Shown: one piece after another, positions 58,204 through 64,000 of the stretch
Position numbering within the stretch: the first letter of the stretch is position 1
Layout of the letters: each line of letters begins with the position of its first letter
NCBI GenBank assembly: GCA_965203905.1
Contig: CBDBDQ010000005.1
Span: forward strand, 3,392,001 to 3,456,000
Source: Spirochaetia bacterium
GTDB taxonomy: Bacteria; Spirochaetota; Spirochaetia; SZUA-6; Bin103
Reading direction: 5' to 3'
Length of the DNA stretch: 64,000 nucleotides
The notes under the pieces: model-generated
Databases searched by the model: none
The model's input: only the letters and a program-made list of their open reading frames with translations
What the model was told of the DNA's origin: nothing
Position numbers and translations under genes: made by a program

Positions 58204-59109
58204 TCATATGCCAGTTTGCCTGGCGCCCGCACCCAGACGACCACCACCACCCCGCAGCCGTGGGTCGAGCAGATCGCGCACCGCGTCGCCAAACATGTTG
58301 AGGCAGTACACGACGATCGTCAGGCACAGCCCCGGTAAGAGCGCCAGCCGCGGCGCCACCTCCATGTACTTGCGCCCTTCTCTGCTGAGCATGGCTCCCC
58401 AGCTCGGGATCTCCAGCGGCAGACCGAATCCCAGGAAACTCAAGCTGGCCTCGGCAATGATCACGCCTCCGATGTTGATCGAGAAGACGATGATGACGAC
58501 AGGTATGATATTGGGCAGCACATGGCGGATCAGGATGTGGCGCGTGGGGGTGCCCACCGCTTGGGCTGCCAGAAAGTAGTCATTCTCCTTGATGCCCATG
58601 ACGGCACCCCGGATGACTCTCGAGCCGCCGATGCCTCCGGCGATCCCCAAGACCAGGATGATCTGTGGCAAACCCTGCCCCACCACAGACATGATCGTCA
58701 GCAAGATCAGCAGCCCCGGAAAGGCCATCCAGGCATCGACAAAGCGCTGCACGGCCAGGTCCAGTTTCCCGCCAAAGTAGCCGGACGGTGCGCCTATCAG
58801 CACAGCCACCACGACATTGACCGTTGTCGCTGCCAGGCCGACGAAGAGCGAAATTCGGGCACCGTAGATCAGGCGGCTCAGGAGGTCCCGCCCCAGATGA
58901 TCGGTGCCCAGTAGATAGCGGCTCGATGGGCTGGTCAGCCGGTCTGCCAAATGGACTTCAGCCGGCTCATAGGGAGCCACTACACCGGCAAAAATGCTGA
59001 CGAAAACCAGGAACAGTACGACCACTCCCCCGCACGTGCCCAGCGGCTGCTCCTTCACCAGCCTTCGCAGCAACAGGCCCGGGAAAAACTGTCTCTTTGT
59101 CGGGTCCAT
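58204..59109 (-). CDS. ABC permease DppC-like
   Basis: LGTDHLGRD, HVLPN, LSFLGFG, GDAVRDLLDPR. Confidence 0.93.
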   Translation of the reverse strand: MDPTKRQFFPGLLLRRLVKEQPLGTCGGVVVLFLVFVSIFAGVVAPYEPAEVHLADRLTSPSSRYLLGTDHLGRDLLSRLIYGARISLFVGLAATTVNVVVAVLIGAPSGYFGGKLDLAVQRFVDAWMAFPGLLILLTIMSVVGQGLPQIILVLGIAGGIGGSRVIRGAVMGIKENDYFLAAQAVGTPTRHILIRHVLPNIIPVVIIVFSINIGGVIIAEASLSFLGFGLPLEIPSWGAMLSREGRKYMEVAPRLALLPGLCLTIVVYCLNMFGDAVRDLLDPRLRGGGGRLGAGARQTGI

Positions 59110-59110
59110 G

Positions 59111-60073
59111 CTATCGATAACGAATCCGGGGATCCAAATAGGAATAGATGATATCGATCAACAGGTTGAACGTGAGCACGGCAGTGCCAAAAAACAGGTT
59201 GATGCCGGAGACTACCGGGTAATCTCTCTCCGTGAGGGCGATCAGCATCAGGCGTCCCAGCCCCGGAAGGTTGAAGATGTTCTCCATGATTACGGCGCCG
59301 CCTACTACGATAGGTAGCTGCAGGCCGACCAGGGTCACTACCGGAATGAGGGCGTTCTTGACGGCGTGCCTCACCACGACGACACGCTCCCTGAGACCCT
59401 TGGACCAGGCGGTGCGGATATAGTCCTGGCGGAGCACTTCCAGCATCATGGTGCGGGTCATGCGCATGGTGGCAGCAGACAAGGCCGTCCCCAGTATCAG
59501 GCTGGGAATGATGAGGATGCCGAGATTTCCCAGCGGGTCTTCGACAAGAGGGACATACTCCATCGGCGGCGACCAGCCCCACCAGATGGCCGGGAAGATC
59601 ATCACCATCAGCGCCAGCCAGAAGTTGGGCGTTGCCAAGCCGATGACGGCGAACGAACGCCCCACGTAGTCGGCGGCGGTGTTGCGGCGCATCGCCGAGT
59701 AGATGCCGACCGGCACTGCTATCAGCAACCCCATGACGACGGACAAAACGCCAAGCTCAATAGTCAGCGGTAATCTGTCCCAAATAGCCGCCTCCACCGA
59801 CCAGTCGCCTAAAAGTGAATTGCCAAGGGTGCCGCGCAGCAGGATACCTCCCATCCAGCGCCCATACTGCACGTACACGGGCTGGTCCAATCCCAACATC
59901 CGCGCGACAGCTTCACGGTCTATACTCGCACCCGCGCCCATGGCTTCCAGCCTACCCGCCATCGTATCTATTACATCACCCGGGATGAAACGGACCGAGA
60001 GAAAGACCAGTATGCTCAATATCAACAGCGTAGGGATGAGGAGCAATAGTCTCCTGATGACGTAGGCTCTCAT
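59111..60073 (-). CDS. ABC permease DppB-like
   Basis: MRAYVIRR, DYIRTAWSKGL, LDPRIRYR. Confidence 0.93.
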   Translation of the reverse strand: MRAYVIRRLLLLIPTLLILSILVFLSVRFIPGDVIDTMAGRLEAMGAGASIDREAVARMLGLDQPVYVQYGRWMGGILLRGTLGNSLLGDWSVEAAIWDRLPLTIELGVLSVVMGLLIAVPVGIYSAMRRNTAADYVGRSFAVIGLATPNFWLALMVMIFPAIWWGWSPPMEYVPLVEDPLGNLGILIIPSLILGTALSAATMRMTRTMMLEVLRQDYIRTAWSKGLRERVVVVRHAVKNALIPVVTLVGLQLPIVVGGAVIMENIFNLPGLGRLMLIALTERDYPVVSGINLFFGTAVLTFNLLIDIIYSYLDPRIRYR

Positions 60074-60105
60074 TTCGGATGACTGCTCATCGTTCGACTG
60101 GAAGG

Positions 60106-60140
60106 AAAAAAAGCCCTCTCGCCGCGGGGCGGTGAGAGGG
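60106..60140 (-). terminator. Intrinsic terminator-like hairpin between dppA and dppB
   Basis: Minus strand CCCTCTCACCGC-ccc-GCGGCGAGAGGG-C-TTTTTTT. Confidence 0.75.
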
Positions 60141-60160
60141 ACCAACGAGCTGGCTCGTGC

Positions 60161-61960
60161 TCAAAAACCCATTTCTTTCTTCAAATCCTGGTCAATCCAG
60201 AGGCGGGCGAAAAGGGAATACCAGTTAAGCCCCCCTAGGCCACCTTCCGAGTTGTACCCTTTGACCCACGGCTGGGTCACATTGAATTGTGGAACCTCAG
60301 GACCGGGAACACCCCAGACACTCTTCTTGAAGTACATGTCCATCTCCAGAATCGGCTCCCTCTGATCCTCAAAGGTGGTAGCGGCCTTGGCTCTCTCGAA
60401 CAACGCGTTAAAGACCGGGTCGTCGGATTTAGCTGGGTTCCCTACATATCCCGGAGTATATCTCAACATCGCATCGAATGAATCAGATAACGCACCAAAC
60501 GCGTAGTGCTGTAACCCCTGTTCCCTTTCAGGATCTTGGACAAATGCGGTCCATGTTGCATCAGCTGGCCGAGGATCGAGCCTCACATCGACGCCAATCT
60601 CACTCCAGTAGGCTGCGACCGCTTCTACCCAGCCAACATCCTCGGTGTCACGGAAGCTTGCCTTGGTCTTGAATCGAACGCCGTCCGCGCCGCGCGGATA
60701 GCCAGCTTCATCAAGCAGCTTCGCGGCCCCCTCGGGGTTATAGCTATAGGCATCCTTGACCTCCTGAGGCCACTCGTCAAACGGGACGTAGTAACCTGGC
60801 ACCCCTGTTTGCCCCCTAGGCGTTGTATCTCCATAGCCCTTGAAGTAGGTATTGTTGATGGTTTCGTGGTCCAGTGCCATGTTCATGGCCTTTCGCACCC
60901 GGATGTCGTCAAAGGGCGGCTCACTCACGTTGAAAATAAAACCATGATCCGCCCGTTCCGAATACTCGTTCAGCACGAGCTCGGGATTGGTTCTCTTGAG
61001 GCTCTCTGCCACGTCGATAGATCTTATCATGGCGCCGGAGCCGTGGTAACCACTGTAATCAATCTTACCGGAGCGTAGTGCCGCCAGACGGGTTGCTTCC
61101 TCCGGCATGAACAGGACCCTGAACTCGTCGACGTATGGCAGGCGGTTCTCCGAGAACTTCTCGTCGAAGCCCCAGTAATCAGGATTCTTGATATAGGTCA
61201 AGGAGCTACCATCGACAAAGTCAGTCAACTCAAAGGGCCCGGTACCGACAACATTTCGCCAATCGGAAACGTCACCGTGTTGCTGGATTACCTCGGGGGG
61301 CTGTATGGTCATAGTATACCAGTCCATAATCAGGATCGGGGCACGAAGGTATGGCTCCTTCAGCTTGAAAACTACGGTATATTCGTCGGTGGCCGTTATC
61401 GACTCGAATGGCACTGTGCCAAGCTCACCTGCTGTTGCGGCAATTTCAGTGAAGCCGCTGCCCAGACCCACCATACGGTGAAAGTTGTATTCGATATCCT
61501 CAGCAGTTAGCTCCCTACCGTTCATCGGCGCCTTGTTGTGCCACTGCACGCCCTTACGGATGTTGAAGACATACGTCAGTGGGTCGGGCTGCTCCCAGCT
61601 TTCAGCCAGCGCTCCCGTTATGACGTGGAGCGGCAAAGTGTAGCCACCCCTAAAGTGAAATTTGTCCCTATCTAGTGCCCAGTCCAGTTTGCCTAGCTTC
61701 TCCACGACGGCACCGCCAACATGAACAGGAAACCACGCCAAATAGGTGTCAAAAACCTTGTAATTCACTGCAGCGGCCTGGGTCAATGTTCCGCCATACT
61801 CTGGCGCGGTCACCATCTTGCCGGTGCTCGGGTCGAGCACCATCTCCTTTTCCGCGGCGGCTGCCGGCTGCTCTTCCGCGGGAGCGGCCGACAGGCCGGT
61901 CGCGGCCACAGCGAAGCCAATCAGTACCGCCAGATACTTCTTGAGCGTTGCGTAGCACAT
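60161..61960 (-). CDS. ABC substrate-binding protein, family 5 (paralog of 14332-16146)
   Basis: EKEMV.DP.TG.MV.APEYGG, LAESW, GTGPF, KNPDYWGFDEKF.ENRLPY, ARLWID. Confidence 0.93.
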   Translation of the reverse strand: MCYATLKKYLAVLIGFAVAATGLSAAPAEEQPAAAAEKEMVLDPSTGKMVTAPEYGGTLTQAAAVNYKVFDTYLAWFPVHVGGAVVEKLGKLDWALDRDKFHFRGGYTLPLHVITGALAESWEQPDPLTYVFNIRKGVQWHNKAPMNGRELTAEDIEYNFHRMVGLGSGFTEIAATAGELGTVPFESITATDEYTVVFKLKEPYLRAPILIMDWYTMTIQPPEVIQQHGDVSDWRNVVGTGPFELTDFVDGSSLTYIKNPDYWGFDEKFSENRLPYVDEFRVLFMPEEATRLAALRSGKIDYSGYHGSGAMIRSIDVAESLKRTNPELVLNEYSERADHGFIFNVSEPPFDDIRVRKAMNMALDHETINNTYFKGYGDTTPRGQTGVPGYYVPFDEWPQEVKDAYSYNPEGAAKLLDEAGYPRGADGVRFKTKASFRDTEDVGWVEAVAAYWSEIGVDVRLDPRPADATWTAFVQDPEREQGLQHYAFGALSDSFDAMLRYTPGYVGNPAKSDDPVFNALFERAKAATTFEDQREPILEMDMYFKKSVWGVPGPEVPQFNVTQPWVKGYNSEGGLGGLNWYSLFARLWIDQDLKKEMGF

Positions 61961-62063
61961 GAATGCGCCTCCTGTTCCTCGAGAGCACGTAATTCAGTGC
62001 CGACCCCTCGCCTTCTCTCGAGGCATTCCTGCAGGTCGCAGGTTACGGAAGCGAGGGCGATAC
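61961..62063 (-). promoter_or_regulatory. Conserved structured 5' leader of dppA-like gene, copy 2
   Basis: Minus strand GTATCGCCCTCGCTT...AAGGCGAGGGGTCGGCA...GTGCTCTCGAGGAACAGGAG. Confidence 0.6.
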
Positions 62064-62529
62064 GTTCGCGTTCGAGCTGGCACGGTCACTCGACGTGAGC
62101 GGCGTTGGCTGCCGGGCTCCTGTCAGTCGTATCCTGTTAGTCGTATCCGGTCTTCGGTGGCATCCCGTTCCTCCTATGCGCCGGGTGAACCGCGACCGCT
62201 CGGCGGGCGTCGAGACCTGCATCCGAACGCCCCGCGGGTGGCCGGGACAGCGGCGAGAGTGGGGAACCGGCAACGTTGCCGGCGGTGGTAGGCAGAGTGG
62301 CGGTAGTGGCGTAACGGCGAAGGTACGCGCGGGCGCGCGCGGCGCGGTCAGACGGAGCGGTTAAAGGTTTATCGTATAGATAATTGCGGGGGGGGGGGGC
62401 TCGCTGTGGGGACTACCGTGTCTGCCCATCGCCTTGATGTTCCGATCGTATTACGGCTCCGCAACTCAAGTCAACTTTGCCTCGGAAAGAAACGAGAGGT
62501 CACCTCGAAACGAGCGCGCACTCTTGTGC

Positions 62530-62955
62530 TTAGTCTTCCTTGCGTGCTCGGAGCCGGTCGGCCGCCTCGCGCGCGGTGATGATCGGGATGCCGTCCGCGG
62601 TCCCGATCGCCAGCATGTGATCCCGGTCACCGGACACGACCAGGTCGGCGTCACCCGCGATCGCGGCGGCGAGTATCGGATTGTCGTCCGGATCCGCCGA
62701 CAGGCTCACCTCCGGCAACTCCGCGACCACCACGGCGACAGCTTCCAGGTGGTAGAGGAGATCTTCCGCCTCCTCACGTCGGATGTACGGCTGCAGCCGA
62801 TCGCGCGCCAGAACTTCCCGCAGTTCGTCTATCTGGAACCGGGACGTGATCAACGTAATGCCCAGGCTCTTGACCGCCGCCAGCACCTGCCCCGGCGATC
62901 CTTCTCCGGAGATCAGGGCGCTCACGAGGATGTTGGTATCAAGGACGATCCGCAC
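62530..62955 (-). CDS. PIN domain toxin (PIN_3-type)
   Basis: IVLDTNILVSA, E, DPDD..IL..A...AD..VSGD. Confidence 0.9.
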   Translation of the reverse strand: MRIVLDTNILVSALISGEGSPGQVLAAVKSLGITLITSRFQIDELREVLARDRLQPYIRREEAEDLLYHLEAVAVVVAELPEVSLSADPDDNPILAAAIAGDADLVVSGDRDHMLAIGTADGIPIITAREAADRLRARKED

Positions 62956-63175
62956 GGGCCTCCGCTACCGCTTCGTCGGCAAGGCTCCGGACAGCCTCGC
63001 CCGACAGGTGCCGGTTGCGTTCCCAGATCGCCTCGACGGTCTCCCAGAAGATCGCTTGGCGTACCGCACGATCCACAAACCTGGACAGGTCGCCCTTCTT
63101 GCCGCCGGTGCGCGCCAGATAGCTCCGCACGCGACGGTTCGTGTCGTCGGAGATAACGAGATTCCATCGAGTCAT
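62939..63175 (-). CDS. Ribbon-helix-helix antitoxin
   Basis: RWNLVISDDT...R..LA..GGKKGDLSRFV..AV; AAGGAG RBS; overlaps the PIN gene. Confidence 0.85.
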   Translation of the reverse strand: MTRWNLVISDDTNRRVRSYLARTGGKKGDLSRFVDRAVRQAIFWETVEAIWERNRHLSGEAVRSLADEAVAEARADRP

Positions 63176-63280
63176 CAGCGCTCCTTTGTGTGTATGTGTT
63201 TATGCACTATATCGTCGGCTCAGCGCGCTATGCAAGCTTGCCCCCGACTGCATGGCTCGGAAATCGACCAGTACCGCGGT

Positions 63281-64000
63281 TCATGCCTGAATGCCGAATG
63301 CCTCGGCGATGAAGGGCCAGACGCGTTCCTTGTAGTAGCGGTGGCCGCCGTCACCGATGTACAACTCGCATCGGTCCGGGACCTCGGCGGCCCGGTAGAC
63401 CGTGGCGAGTTGCTCGAAGGCAGCCCGAGCGTGGGCGACCGGGAAGATCGGGTCGTCGCGGCCGGCGACGGCGAGGAAGTGGCGTGGGGCGATCAGGCCG
63501 GCGACGTCGTGCATCTCGCCGAGGCGCAGGATGCCGGGCACGTAGTTGCAGTCGCAGTGGATGATCGAGCCGATGCTGCCGGCAAAGGTGTTGAAGTAGC
63601 AGCCGGGCACCGCCACCGAGATGCGGGTGTCGCAGGCCGCCGCGAACAGCGACACGGTGCCGCCGCCGGAGTTGCCGGTAATGGCGATCCGGGCCGGGTC
63701 CGCGCCCTGGTGCTCGATGGCCCAGTCGATGAGGCGTGACATGTCCCACACCCGGTCGCCGATCGGCGTGCGCCCGAGCAGCAGGTCGTGCATCAGTTGC
63801 AGCCGGCAGGAGGACACGGCGTTCTTGTCCTTGTCCGCCGGGGAGCGGGTCTCGCCGAAGGCGCGCGTGGTCGGTGCGATCACCAGGTAGCCCTGCTCCA
63901 CCGCCTGCACCGCGATGTCGCGCTCGCCCTCCCGGATCTGCGCCTCCTCCTCGGGACTGTCGAACAGGCCGACGTAGACGTGCGGATGGCCGTGACCGTG
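63281..64000 (-). CDS. Alpha/beta hydrolase (dienelactone hydrolase/Abhydrolase_7-like); 5' end beyond window
   Basis: GNSGGG nucleophile elbow, HC.CNYVPG, LIAPR, G.DD.IF, GGH. Confidence 0.88.
   Translation of the reverse strand, partial: HGHGHPHVYVGLFDSPEEEAQIREGERDIAVQAVEQGYLVIAPTTRAFGETRSPADKDKNAVSSCRLQLMHDLLLGRTPIGDRVWDMSRLIDWAIEHQGADPARIAITGNSGGGTVSLFAAACDTRISVAVPGCYFNTFAGSIGSIIHCDCNYVPGILRLGEMHDVAGLIAPRHFLAVAGRDDPIFPVAHARAAFEQLATVYRAAEVPDRCELYIGDGGHRYYKERVWPFIAEAFGIQA

Noticed and set aside
54164-63175. Prophage or ICE
   Set aside because: No integrase, structural, replication or conjugation genes
1-64000. CRISPR array, tRNA, rRNA, integron attC array
   Set aside because: No regularly spaced repeat-spacer units, tRNA arm motifs, rRNA-like tracts or repeated attC-like sites seen by eye

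Overview
High-GC bacterial window dominated by catabolic genes: enolase-superfamily enzymes, amidohydrolases, PhyH dioxygenases, aldo/keto reductase, sulfatase, BNR/sialidase-like protein, a prpBCD methylcitrate operon, and an acyl-CoA synthetase/thiolase operon. It also holds three family-5 (Dpp/Opp) ABC solute-binding systems. The gene content and SBP N-termini suggest a host-associated, possibly sponge-symbiont, Spirochaetota-like organism; this is inference only. Many small accessory modules are interspersed: five type II TA-like pairs, a RusA-like + REase/HEPN gene pair, an AAA-ATPase/PD-(D/E)XK gene bracketed by an 88-bp duplication of a neighbouring gene end, an AAA_14 ATPase and an IS91-type transposase relic. 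About ten orphan gene fragments sit at module junctions. Non-coding highlights: a conserved structured 5' leader shared by two paralogous dppABC cassettes (candidate new cis-regulatory RNA), a ~110-bp dispersed hairpin element bounded by CTAG/TTAG (3 copies, one partial), tandem sigma70-like promoters in a 1.4-kb gene-poor gap, and many apparently leaderless genes. No rRNA, tRNA or CRISPR array was seen. All family calls come from motif recognition by eye, not from database searches.
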